Under the pieces are notes generated by a model, which saw nothing but the letters and a program-made list of their open reading frames with translations, was not told the origin of the DNA and did not search any database. This document shows positions 39,885 through 49,590 of a stretch of 64,000 bases of DNA, piece by piece (positions within the stretch are counted from its first letter, which is position 1; every line of letters starts with the position of its first letter). The stretch is from Candidatus Bathyarchaeota archaeon (GTDB lineage Archaea; Thermoproteota; Bathyarchaeia; Bathyarchaeales; Bathycorpusculaceae), in assembly GCA_963780185.1 (NCBI GenBank), contig CAWABA010000011.1:98779-162778 (forward strand), in the 5' to 3' direction. The position numbers and the translations under genes were made by a program.

Positions 39885-40204
39885 TCCAGAAAACTAAATT
39901 TGACATGGATCTGCTGCAAGCGATAGACGAAGCCCTAAGTGTCCTTGGAGAATCCAGCAGAAAAATCGTTTACTTCCACGTTGAAAACAAATACTTGATA
40001 AAAACCCAAGATATCCCCGAAAACCCTGAACTTTTCATATTGGCCGTTAAAGCGCTCCTCGGAGTAGGCGGCGGAGCATATATTGAAACCTTGGTCTTAA
40101 AGAAAGTATGTGAAAAGTACAATTTAGATTTCGAAAACCTCAAAAACAAGCAGTTTGAATTGGCTTTACCGGAAATTAGGCGACGAATCGCAGGGAAAAT
40201 GTGA
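39881..40204 (+). CDS. Small helical protein resembling DUF3227/NitrOD5
   Basis: AIDEALSVLGESSRKIVYFHVENKY...IPENPELF...LLG.G...IE; overlaps the upstream stop; assignment from recall. Confidence 0.6.
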   Translation: MIQKTKFDMDLLQAIDEALSVLGESSRKIVYFHVENKYLIKTQDIPENPELFILAVKALLGVGGGAYIETLVLKKVCEKYNLDFENLKNKQFELALPEIRRRIAGKM

Positions 40205-40412
40205 ATTTCAGCCAAGTCAAGCAGGACATTTAAGTAACTGCTCATCGGTTCTCGATCACCCTCATAAGTCGATGAACATAACGCCTTTGGAAAGCGTAAT
40301 GATGATGCAAAAATCTAAAAGTTTTATTTAGACATTGAAATCTCAATAAATATCTATATATGGCTGTTATTCAGAATGTTTGGATTAGTTAGTGTACTAT
40401 TGGTGGGTGTAT

Positions 40413-40808
40413 ATGAGTAAACCTGTTGATGTCGGAGAATTGCGGGTTGGCGGCTACATGATGATTGAGGGCGAACCCTGCCGCATAGTTGACATCGCCA
40501 AATCTAAACCTGGAAAACACGGGTCAGCAAAAGCAAGAATAGTCGCGATAGGCGTGTTTGACAAGCAGAAGCGGCAGTTCGTGAAGCCAGTTGACCTTGG
40601 CGCTGAAATTCCAATAATCGATAAGAGGGCGGGTCAAGTTTTCGCTGTGAACCCAACTGGAGTGCAGATTATGGATCTGGAAACTTACGAGTACATCGAT
40701 GCACCATTCCCAGATGAGGATGAAGTTCCCAAAGCTAAGCTTACCGCCGGCACCGAAATCGAGTACTGGAAAATATTGGGCAGAGTAAAAATCGTCCGCG
40801 CAAAATAA
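40413..40808 (+). CDS. eif5a: Translation factor aIF-5A
   Basis: Hypusine motif KSKPGKHGSAKAR; ATG at 40413. Confidence 0.97.
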   Translation: MSKPVDVGELRVGGYMMIEGEPCRIVDIAKSKPGKHGSAKARIVAIGVFDKQKRQFVKPVDLGAEIPIIDKRAGQVFAVNPTGVQIMDLETYEYIDAPFPDEDEVPKAKLTAGTEIEYWKILGRVKIVRAK

Positions 40809-41021
40809 ACGGCGCCAAACGATCTTTCTTTCCTTCGCAAAATCTTAATTTTACAACTATTTCTATTCGGCACCACGTTGAAAAAGCATTGTTTCATGTT
40901 GAAAAATAGCGTCGTTCTTCTATGTTGAACTATGCTGTTTCATGTTTGGAGCCTATTTGGTTCATCTAGTAGACTGGGAGGGTAGGTTGTGAGAGAGACA
41001 GAGAATCGGGAGAGGGGTACC

Positions 41022-41055
41022 CCATTTTTACATCAAGAACCCAAGGTAAAAATGG
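41022..41055. terminator. Perfect 10-bp inverted repeat between convergent genes (possible terminator or operator)
   Basis: CCATTTTTAC-N14-GTAAAAATGG. Confidence 0.35.
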
Positions 41056-41118
41056 ATCCACAGCGACCGAGGGAGGGGGTCTAGTATTTACAACAAAAAC
41101 CAACCACAAAAATGGATT

Positions 41119-41319
41119 TTAGCTCCACCATTTCCACTCAAGCTTTCTGAAGGCAACGTAGAGTACCAAAAGAATTATTCCCCAGCTTAAGGCGACGCCT
41201 GCGATTGCAAGCAAGATGTTGCTGTGCAGGAAAATGTAGACTGTCCATGCGCCTAAAATTGTTAAGCCTACAAGCAGTAGGAAGAAGATTCCTGCGTGGA
41301 TTAAACGTTCAGCACCCAA
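41119..41319 (-). CDS. Small two-TM membrane protein
   Basis: 66 aa, two hydrophobic helices, basic/Trp-rich end. Confidence 0.6.
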   Translation of the reverse strand: MGAERLIHAGIFFLLLVGLTILGAWTVYIFLHSNILLAIAGVALSWGIILLVLYVAFRKLEWKWWS

Positions 41320-41587
41320 CCGTTAACACCTTGATTACGATATGTGTATCTTGGATGTTAATAGATTTTTCATTAATGTTTATGTTCCAGTCGGCTTAAT
41401 TTTAGGTGAAGCCAATGATGCATGAAGAGCCGTCTGAATAGTGAAGAACAAACAATATGGGGAAACTGAGGCTTCACAACTCAAACCTGCAAAGAAGCGT
41501 CGTTTCATCGGAAATCTGATGCTGCATCGTAGGTTGAAAACAGCCCTTTTCTACGCCTTGGACTTTGCTGCAGGTTCTTCAGCGCGT

Positions 41588-42457
41588 TTAAGGGGGCGAA
41601 TGTGGCTGGAGCGTTTTTCTTTGGAGAAGTCCGTTTACTGCATCTATGAGGGCTTCGCAGGCGAACCACCTGTCTTCCCGAGAACCATCAGTTTCCAGAA
41701 CCTCGATCTTTTTCTGGCAGTCACGCAGTTGCTCGATAACGGGCTGCCTCTTTGTCTCATACTCGTCCCGAACCTTCTCTTGAGCCTTAGTGAAGTCCAG
41801 AATGGCTAATTCAAGCTGATCCTGCGCGGTGATCAACTCCTGTGTTGTCTCTATCTCTTTTTGCTCCCTATCCTTCTTAGAAACGCCCCTGAAAAGTCCC
41901 GTTTTCATCCGAACAACCTCATCCAACTTCTTTTTCACCCTGTCAATATTGCTGTTCAGGCGCTTCGTTTCACGGTTCTTTTGCACTTTAATCTCTCTCA
42001 TCTTAGCCGCGTATTCGGCGTTGATTTTTTCAAGAAGCTTTCTGTTGTATGATTGGTTTTTGGATGTCGCGTCGATTGTGGCTTCTTTACGGCGTCTATC
42101 ATCAAGCTCAATCTTTATGGTGGAGAGTATTTGTGAGTGCTCCGCCACATATTGATCATCTGGGTTTGTGTTTGGGTTTGACTCGAACTCCGACAGGACT
42201 TCTGTTAGGTTTTCTAGCCAACGGTTGAAGTGCTCGCTGAATGGAGAAGAACCAAATTTCTGGCTTCCTAGAACACGTAGTTGCTGGAAGGTTTTGTCCG
42301 AAACCTCCTTCAGGGAGGCAACATGTTTCTCCTCCGACTTGGATTCGCCTTCAGGTTCATGCTTGTGTCCTCTGTCTTTGTCCTTTCCATATGGCGGTTT
42401 GTATCCTCGGTTAGAGCCTCGAGGCAACTTTTTCCTCGGTTGGGAACCCATGAACAA
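41588..42457 (-). CDS. Hypothetical coiled-coil protein with basic disordered N-terminus
   Basis: 289-aa ORF; K/E-rich heptads over most of its length. Confidence 0.7.
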   Translation of the reverse strand: MFMGSQPRKKLPRGSNRGYKPPYGKDKDRGHKHEPEGESKSEEKHVASLKEVSDKTFQQLRVLGSQKFGSSPFSEHFNRWLENLTEVLSEFESNPNTNPDDQYVAEHSQILSTIKIELDDRRRKEATIDATSKNQSYNRKLLEKINAEYAAKMREIKVQKNRETKRLNSNIDRVKKKLDEVVRMKTGLFRGVSKKDREQKEIETTQELITAQDQLELAILDFTKAQEKVRDEYETKRQPVIEQLRDCQKKIEVLETDGSREDRWFACEALIDAVNGLLQRKTLQPHSPP

Positions 42458-42701
42458 AACCTATCGCTTTTGAAGTATTTAAAAAAGCGTCTCGTCTGTG
42501 TTGAGCCAGTACCGTTTCGTTTTTACATGTCAATTTATTCTTTAACTGCTAAAACCATAAAGTCCATGACTATAACCCTGTTTCAAAAATGTGCACTGTT
42601 GGGCTTCAACTATGTGTTAGCTAAGAGATTTAGGGTTGTTTCTTGTTTTCTAGCTGCAATATTTATCTAAAAGAACACTTATGTTTAGGCTGGAGACTCT
42701 G

Positions 42702-44054
42702 ATGTCGCTAGACAAGTTAAGTTCTTCTCTAACAGACGCTATAAAAAAACTGTTTAAGGCTGGCGTAGTGGACGAAGCCACAGTGAAGGAACTTGTCCGC
42801 GACATACAGCGGGCGCTGCTGCAAGCAGACGTCAACGTCCAACTTGTCCTAGACATCTCCAAACGCATAGAAGAACGCGCGCTCAAAGAGAAAGTTCCCC
42901 CGGCATCTCAAGACGCGAACACGTCATAAAAGTCGTCTATGAAGAACTCACCCGTTTCGTCGGCGACAAACCTGTCCCAATCAAAATGGAGCCTGGCAAA
43001 AGAAAAATCATCATGCTTGTCGGCATCCAAGGCTCAGGCAAAACCACGCAGGCATCCAAACTTGCACGGTACTACCAGAAGAGGGGCTTAAAGGTCGCGT
43101 TGATCTGCGCTGACACTTATCGGGCAGGCGCGTTTGCTCAGCTTCAGCAGTTGGCAAACAGAATAAACATGCCTATTTACGGAGACGTAAAATGCAAAGA
43201 CCCCGTGAAAGTTGTCCGCGAAGGGTTAAAGCAGTTCCAAGGCAAAGACCTCATAATCGTTGATACGGCGGGCAGACACAAGGAAGAAAAAGACCTGATT
43301 AAAGAAATGAAGGATCTTGAGAAGAACATTAAGCCTGACGAAGTCATCATGGTTATCGACGGAACAATCGGTCAGCAAGCACTCATCCAAGCAAAAACGT
43401 TCCATGAAGCCACACCCATAGGCGCAATCATCGTGACAAAGCTTGACGGTTCCTCACGTGGCGGCGGCGCGTTATCAGCGGTTGCAGCGACGGGTGCTCC
43501 AATAAAATTCATCGGCACAGGCGAAAAAATCGAAGACATCGAGCCGTTTATTCCCTCCCGTTTCGTCGGTCGACTCTTGGGCATGGGCGACTTAGAAACG
43601 CTTCTGGAAAAGGTTCACGACGCCGAAATCAAGGTGCCAGAGAAGAAAGCTAAAGAAATCCTCAGCGGCAAATTCACATTAACAGACATGTACGAGCAGT
43701 TCCAAGCCGTCAAAGAAGATGGGGCCGTTTAGCAAAGTTCTCAAGATGCTTCCCGGAATGTCTTCTTCTGATGTGCCGCAAGCCATGCTTGACACGGCTG
43801 AAGGACGCCTTGACAGGTGGGGCGTGATAATTCAATCTATGACTCCTGAAGAAAGGGAAAACCCAAAACTGCTCAACTCTTCAAGGGCAAAACGTGTGGC
43901 TCGGGGTTCAGGAGCAACAGAAAAAGAAGTCAAAGAACTGCTCAAGCAATATGTTATGATGCGTAAAATGTTGAAGATGATGAAGCGCAAGAAGAAGCTG
44001 CCGTTCGGGTTAGGCGGCAAAGGCGGTATGCCCGCTAACTTTCCAGTAGGCTAA
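42702..44054 (+). CDS. srp54: Signal recognition particle protein SRP54 (frameshifts near 42900 and 43710)
   Basis: LLQADVNV, GIQGSGKTT, DTAGRH, TKLDG..RGGGALS, M-domain MGPFSKVLKMLPG; three ORF pieces. Confidence 0.93.
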
Positions 44055-44059
44055 GCGAC

Positions 44060-45395
44060 ATGGATGTTCTGGAAAAAGCGCTTGAACTTCTCAGCAAATA
44101 TCCCCTTTGCGACCACTGTCTTGGCAGGCAATTCGCCTTGCTCGGATACAGCATGGAAAACAACGTTCGGGGTTCAGCAATAAAAGTCACCTTAACCCTT
44201 CAGGCAAATGACCTTCGCAAGAGAAGGTAACCCCGACGGCGTTCGGCAGCTTAAACTTTTGGCGATCCAACGGCTTTTCAAGGGAAGCCCAAGAAACCCT
44301 GAAGCATCTTAAAAAAACGCGTCACTAAAACGTCGAATGAAACAAAGTGTTTCCTCTGCGAAGGCAAATTCGAGCTTGTTGAAAAACTAACCGAGAAATC
44401 CGCAGAGAGCTATGCAAGGCTACGAGTTTACCACATATCTTGTGGGAATCGAATTGCCTGTTAAAGTTGAGGAACGTGAAGACGAGTTTAAAGCAGCCTT
44501 CAACCTCGGATACAGCGAAAGCATCAAGCATGAATTCGGGCGATTATTCGGCAAAGCCCTCGGGGTCTGCACCGGCAAAGAGGCGGATTATTTGAAGCCT
44601 GATTTGGTCGCAGTAATCAACCCTTTCATGGAAACAGTTAGCCTTCAAGTTAATCCTCTTTTCGTCGCTGGCAGATACCGCAAGCTCGTAAGGGACATTC
44701 CGCAGTCGAAATGGTTCTGTTCAAGCTGCCGTGGAAAGGGCTGCGAGAAGTGTGGAGGAACAGGTAAACTGTATCCTGAATCGGTTGAAGAGTTGTCTTC
44801 TGCACCTTTGTTGGAGGTAGCTGAAGGCGAGAAAACGGCTTTTCACGCTTCCGGTCGGGAAGACATTGACGCTAGGATGCTGGGAAACGGACGCCCCTTC
44901 GTCATCGAGATTTCCAAGCCAAAGAAACGGTTCTTTGACCTTAAGCAAATTGAAGCCAGAATTAATGCTGGCGCAACGGGGAAGGTTCAAGTTTCTCGAT
45001 TAAGGTTCGCAAGCAAAGATGTTGTTCGACGTCTCAAAAAAGGGGAAGGTTCCCAGAAAAAGTACCGTTTGCTTGCTGAGTTTGAAAAAGAGCTGTCTGA
45101 AGACGACCTGCGGCTGTTGGAAGAAAAGCTCAGCGGCGCATTGATCAAGCAGCAGACGCCTCTCCGTGTTGTGCATAGAAGGGCGGATTTGATCCGAGAA
45201 AGGTACATATATAAGCTTAAAGTTAAGAAGGTGTCGCTTAAGAGGGCTCTGATGGAAATTCACTGCCAAGGCGGCCTCTACGTTAAAGAATTGGTGTCTG
45301 GAGATGAAGGAAGAACAAACCCGAACGTTTCAGATCTGCTTGGAAACAGAGCGAAGACGCTTAAGCTTGACGTTTTAAAAGTTATGATGGAATAA
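44060..45395 (+). CDS. pus10: tRNA pseudouridine 54/55 synthase Pus10 (about 4 frameshifts at 44215-44410)
   Basis: N-terminal LCDHCLGRQFA from ATG 44060; GRYRKL...PQSKW, HASGREDIDARMLG.GRPF, QGGLYVKELVSGD.GRT. Confidence 0.92.
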
Positions 45396-45412
45396 TTAAA
45401 GGTGAAATTTGA

Positions 45413-45718
45413 ATGAGAGGTTCAAAAGGTTATTACGCTGGTACTCGCAGCCTACTGAAAAAGGCAACCCGTGAAAAAGGGAAACCTAAAATCAGAAAGA
45501 TTCTACAAGACTATCCGCCTGGATCACAAGTGATAATAAAGATGGATTCCAGCACACAGAAGAGCATGCCGCATAAACGTTTCCATGGAAAAATCGGTAC
45601 GGTTAGAGAAAAACGTGGTCGAGGGTACGTCATTGTAGTGCCGCAAGGCAACAGCATCAAAGAGATTATCGTTCGCAGTGAACATTTAGAGCCGTACATG
45701 GGTAGTGGAACGGAATGA
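45413..45718 (+). CDS. rpl21e: 50S ribosomal protein L21e
   Basis: SKGYYAGTRSLL, GMPH-like SMPHKRFHGKIG, IVRSEHL; GGTGA SD upstream. Confidence 0.95.
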   Translation: MRGSKGYYAGTRSLLKKATREKGKPKIRKILQDYPPGSQVIIKMDSSTQKSMPHKRFHGKIGTVREKRGRGYVIVVPQGNSIKEIIVRSEHLEPYMGSGTE

Positions 45719-46053
45719 GCAAAAGAGAAGTAAGCGAAAGCCGCTTGACGTTGCCACAGGTTAAGAAGCTGCTTGAAACCATAGGCGAAGAAAACCTAGA
45801 TCAATTTCAACGTCGAACGCTCGATTACGTAAACAAGTTCTCTAAGGCTGACCCTGAGAAGGCCGAAGAGCTCCTGCAGGTTCTTGTTAAGGAATACGAA
45901 ATTGACGAGGCTGAAGCTATACAAATCATAAATTGCATGCCTGAAACAGTTGACGAGTTGCGGGTTTTCTTAGCTGGCGGCCGAAAGATTATAGAAACCA
46001 CCAAATTGCGGGCAATCGTTGACTTACTGAATGAGAACAGGACTTTGAAGTAG
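45715..46053 (+). CDS. rpoF: RNA polymerase subunit F (Rpo4)
   Basis: LTLPQVKKLL, QRRTLDYVNKFSK, AIQIINCMPETVDELR; conserved position after rpl21e. Confidence 0.88.
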   Translation: MSKREVSESRLTLPQVKKLLETIGEENLDQFQRRTLDYVNKFSKADPEKAEELLQVLVKEYEIDEAEAIQIINCMPETVDELRVFLAGGRKIIETTKLRAIVDLLNENRTLK

Positions 46054-46118
46054 CCTTAAGCGACTAAGTATTTTTAAGCAGTAAGCAACAATAAACATAG
46101 AGGACTTAGTGACTACTA

Positions 46119-46685
46119 ATGGAAAAGCGGTATGAAGAGTACGCTTACGTACTAGATTTCTTGCCACATGGCAAACCGGGGTTCCGTCCAACTGGGCGGG
46201 CAGGTTATAGGGCGGGAGCCTTAATTCAGTCTGTCGGGGAAGAGTTTTTCACGCTTTTGGAGGCTTTAGTAAAGGAGGGTTTAATTCTAAAGCCCAGTGA
46301 CCGCGTCTATGTGGGCAAAGATTCACGTTCGGAGGTTACGTACATTATCGGGCGCGTTAGCTACGAAGAGTTGACTGCGTCGGCTAAGGCGGAGCTTCCC
46401 AGTGTGATTAATCGTGTTGTTCTAAACAGGGAGCAGTGGTTTGTGAATTTCTTCAACACCGCGCGCGCAGTTACCCCTCGTATGCACGCTTTGGAGTTGG
46501 TGCCTGGCATCGGAAAAAAATACATGTGGCAAGTAATTAACGAGAGAACCCGCAAGCCGTTCGAAAGTTTTGAAGATTTGCAGAAGCGAACCGAGTTGCC
46601 TAACCCAGTAAAATTGATCACGAAGCGGGTTATGGAAGAGCTTGAAGGCGACAGCAAATATCGGCTGTTCACGCGGGCACAGTAA
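46119..46685 (+). CDS. DUF655 family putative RNA-binding protein (HhH)
   Basis: EEYAYVLDFLPHG, GEEFFTLLE, RMHALELVPGIGKK. Confidence 0.9.
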   Translation: MEKRYEEYAYVLDFLPHGKPGFRPTGRAGYRAGALIQSVGEEFFTLLEALVKEGLILKPSDRVYVGKDSRSEVTYIIGRVSYEELTASAKAELPSVINRVVLNREQWFVNFFNTARAVTPRMHALELVPGIGKKYMWQVINERTRKPFESFEDLQKRTELPNPVKLITKRVMEELEGDSKYRLFTRAQ

Positions 46686-46695
46686 GGCATAGCGG

Positions 46696-47514
46696 ATGAG
46701 CCTCGAAGAAACGAAGCAACTGCTTCGAACCTATCGAATTGCCCCGAATAAGCTTCTGGGGCAAAATTTCATGGTTGAGCCGACACTATACAGTAAGCTG
46801 TGCGATTATGCATCGCTAAACTTTTCTGATGTGGTGTTGGATGCTGGCGCGGGCTTTGGTTTTTTGAGCCGTTTCTTAGCTGACAAATGCAAGGCTGTAA
46901 TCGCAGTTGAAAAAGACCCGCAAGTTGCGGCGGCGCTTCGTGACCAGGTTAGCGGCGTCGCCAATGTGACGGTGATAGAGGGAGATGTGTTGAAGGCGGC
47001 GTTGCCTGAATTTAACAAAGTCATAGCAATCCCCCCTTACAGCATTTCTACCCATCTCGTAATGTGGCTTCTTGAACGCAAAATGGATTGCGCAGTCATT
47101 ATCGTTCAAAAAGAATTCGCCAAAAAACTCAATGCTAAGGCAGGAAGCGAGGATTACGGCTGGTTAACTGTCCAAACGTACTTGCACGCAGAGGCCCAGC
47201 TCTTGGATGCGGTTCCTAAAGACATGTTTTTTCCTGAGCCAAAAGTTGATTCAGTCATCGTTCGGCTTAAGCCATGGAGCAAAAAACTGTTTGAAGTGAA
47301 GGACGAAGGCTCCTTCAAGCAAGTCACAAAGTGGCTTTTTACCCAGCGCAACAAAAAAGTAGGTAAAGCGCTAACCCCGTTTTTGAAGACCAACCTTAAA
47401 TTAAGCAAGCAAGAAGCCCAAAAGATAGCTTCCGCCATGCCATTTCATGATAAACGCGCGCGAGAGCTCACACCTGAACAGTTTGGAGACTTAGCAAATG
47501 CAATTCCCCGTTAA
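46696..47514 (+). CDS. rsmA: 16S rRNA adenine dimethyltransferase
   Basis: KLLGQNF, VLDAGAGFG, IPPYSIS, QKEFA, FFPEPKVDS. Confidence 0.93.
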   Translation: MSLEETKQLLRTYRIAPNKLLGQNFMVEPTLYSKLCDYASLNFSDVVLDAGAGFGFLSRFLADKCKAVIAVEKDPQVAAALRDQVSGVANVTVIEGDVLKAALPEFNKVIAIPPYSISTHLVMWLLERKMDCAVIIVQKEFAKKLNAKAGSEDYGWLTVQTYLHAEAQLLDAVPKDMFFPEPKVDSVIVRLKPWSKKLFEVKDEGSFKQVTKWLFTQRNKKVGKALTPFLKTNLKLSKQEAQKIASAMPFHDKRARELTPEQFGDLANAIPR

Positions 47515-48130
47515 GAGAACTCGCTTCGGCGGTTACGTTTTTGATGTTTCTGAGAACGTTTACGAGCCTGCTGAAGACTCTTTTCTTTTCGCGGAAAACC
47601 TTCGAGTGGAGAAAGGCGAACAAGTTCTCGACGTCGGAACCGGCTGCGGCATCCTTGGCATATTGGCGGCGGAAAAAGCCGCTTCAGTCCTCGCTGTTGA
47701 CCCAAACCCATTTGCCCTTCGCTGTGCAAAAGAAAACTCAGCGCTTAACCATATGGACAGTAAAATGGCTTTTCTGCAAGCTGACCTCTTTACCGCTTTT
47801 AACGCCAACGCAAAATTCGATTTGATTCTCTTCAACGCGCCCTATCTTCCAGCCGAAGCGGCTGAAGCTGAAACTTGGATTGGGCGTTCATGGGCGGGAG
47901 GTGCTAATGGGCGCCAAGTTATCGACCGTTTCATTTCTCAAGTTCAACCGCACCTCAAAGCCAGCGGCCAAGTTCTTTTGATGCAGTCGACGCTTGCAAA
48001 CGTTGAAGAGACAATTTGTAAATTTGGGGAGCAGCATTTGAATGCAAGAGTTAAGGCGGAACGTAAACTTCCCTTCTTTGAGACTTTAGCTCTTATCGAA
48101 GCCATAGCTGCTCCCGACGCTTTTGTTTAG
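47498..48130 (+). CDS. HemK2/Mtq2-like protein methyltransferase
   Basis: VYEPAEDSFL, LDVGTGCG, FNAPYL, GGANGR.VIDRF. Confidence 0.9.
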   Translation: MQFPVKRTRFGGYVFDVSENVYEPAEDSFLFAENLRVEKGEQVLDVGTGCGILGILAAEKAASVLAVDPNPFALRCAKENSALNHMDSKMAFLQADLFTAFNANAKFDLILFNAPYLPAEAAEAETWIGRSWAGGANGRQVIDRFISQVQPHLKASGQVLLMQSTLANVEETICKFGEQHLNARVKAERKLPFFETLALIEAIAAPDAFV

Positions 48131-48184
48131 TGTGTGAAAAGCAAATAAAGGGAGTTGCGCATTGGTAACTGCGGTGATTGCGGT

Positions 48185-48514
48185 ATGACAATTTGGTTTT
48201 ATGTTAAGACGAATGATGATCCAAAAGTCGTCGGAGAAGTTGTATGTGCCTTTAATTTTGAGCAAGGCGAGCACCCACAGGACCAGTACTCTTGGCTTTT
48301 GGAGCCTGGCAGAGATGAACCTGGCTACTGGGAAATCAAAGGAAAATACGCTGTTCTAAAAGACCTCGCTGAGATCTGTATCGTTTACAGGATCGGCGAC
48401 TCTGTAGTTTTCGCTGAAATAGAGGATTATTTAGCGCCTGATTTTGCGGATCCGCTGATAACTAAGTACGGGTTTGACAACGTAAAGTGGATTGTGGTTC
48501 CCGGAAATCGGTAA
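48185..48514 (+). CDS. Hypothetical protein
   Basis: 109-aa ORF from ATG 48185 with globular composition; no motif recognised. Confidence 0.65.
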   Translation: MTIWFYVKTNDDPKVVGEVVCAFNFEQGEHPQDQYSWLLEPGRDEPGYWEIKGKYAVLKDLAEICIVYRIGDSVVFAEIEDYLAPDFADPLITKYGFDNVKWIVVPGNR

Positions 48515-48540
48515 ACATCACAATCAACGTTTTTTTAAAT

Positions 48541-49122
48541 TCATCTAGCGGGCAAGTGCTTAGCAGCTATAAGGACAACTGCTCTAGCTATCATTGAAAC
48601 GCCGAACAGTATGACTATGCCTGCCCAGAATTGGTACCACATGATCAGCTGCTGACTTTGAGTTAACGTATTTCTCATGTAGGCGAGAACGCTTAGCAAA
48701 TATGCGGCTCCGAACGAGAAAACTATGCCCCCGATGGCTTGAGTTGTCCTTCTTATACGAGATCCATTTGCGAGGTGCATTGCCAAGATTAGGACCTCCA
48801 GAACGCCAATGCCTAACGCTAGTTGAAAAGCCGCCGTATATATTGCGGTGAAAGATGCTGGCGAGGTTGGAACAGGCAATTTGATTGAGGTATTTGTGAT
48901 GTTGGCAACAGTGAAATTGTTGCCGAAGTCCTTTATTTTCGGCCAAAGGTTTTGATTGATTACAAAAATTACTCCGATAAGTATGAAGAATAAACCCGCG
49001 GAAACTGCAGATATTAGCCCTTCTCCGAACAATTTGCGATTAGGGGAACCTGACTCTTTGCTCATCTTTTTGCCCTGTTTCATATTTCGTTTAATACTGA
49101 ATATAACTTTTGTTTTTTTCAA
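48541..49122 (-). CDS. Hypothetical four-TM membrane protein
   Basis: Four hydrophobic segments. Confidence 0.7.
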   Translation of the reverse strand: MKKTKVIFSIKRNMKQGKKMSKESGSPNRKLFGEGLISAVSAGLFFILIGVIFVINQNLWPKIKDFGNNFTVANITNTSIKLPVPTSPASFTAIYTAAFQLALGIGVLEVLILAMHLANGSRIRRTTQAIGGIVFSFGAAYLLSVLAYMRNTLTQSQQLIMWYQFWAGIVILFGVSMIARAVVLIAAKHLPAR

Positions 49123-49185
49123 TTTGGCAAGAGTGAATGTTTTATATACTTAAATCTTATAAATGAAAAACGTAGGGTGAGTTTT

Positions 49186-49590
49186 ATGTCGTATTGCCCA
49201 AAATGCGGTAACAAAGTGGATGAAACTATGACTTTCTGTCCCCGATGCGGCGCTTCACTGAAGGCGGGGACTACTTGGCAAGCGGGTCCAACCTCGAGCG
49301 ACCAAGGATACTACTCCAGACATCATAGGCACGAGAAACATGATGAAAAAGCAGAGAAACACGGTGAAAAACATGAGAAGGGTGGAGGAGGCTACGGATA
49401 CTTGGTTGCAGGAGTGTTAATTGTGGTGCTAGGGTTACTCGCTTACATAAATGCTACCACAAACGTATTCCACAGCCTCAGTGGCCCTGCAGGTGGAGCT
49501 CTTTTCCTAGTTGTAATCGGCATACTGATACTGATTGCCGGCGTCTACTACTACAGTAGAAGCAGAAGCAGAAATCCCGTGCCAACCTAA
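49186..49590 (+). CDS. Zinc-ribbon + His/Glu/Lys-rich linker + two-TM protein
   Basis: YCPKCG...FCPRCG, HHRHEKHDEKAEKHGEKHEK, two TMs; GGTGA SD at 49176. Confidence 0.78.
   Translation: MSYCPKCGNKVDETMTFCPRCGASLKAGTTWQAGPTSSDQGYYSRHHRHEKHDEKAEKHGEKHEKGGGGYGYLVAGVLIVVLGLLAYINATTNVFHSLSGPAGGALFLVVIGILILIAGVYYYSRSRSRNPVPT

Noticed and set aside
29184-40204. Integrated mobile element or genomic island around the pilus locus
   Set aside because: No integrase, transposase, tRNA anchor or flanking direct repeats seen; gene content fits a resident surface-structure region.
42890-44420. Programmed frameshifting or pseudogenisation of srp54 and pus10
   Set aside because: Shifts go in different directions, there is no shared slippery motif, four occur within 200 bp, and srp54 is essential; consensus error is far simpler.
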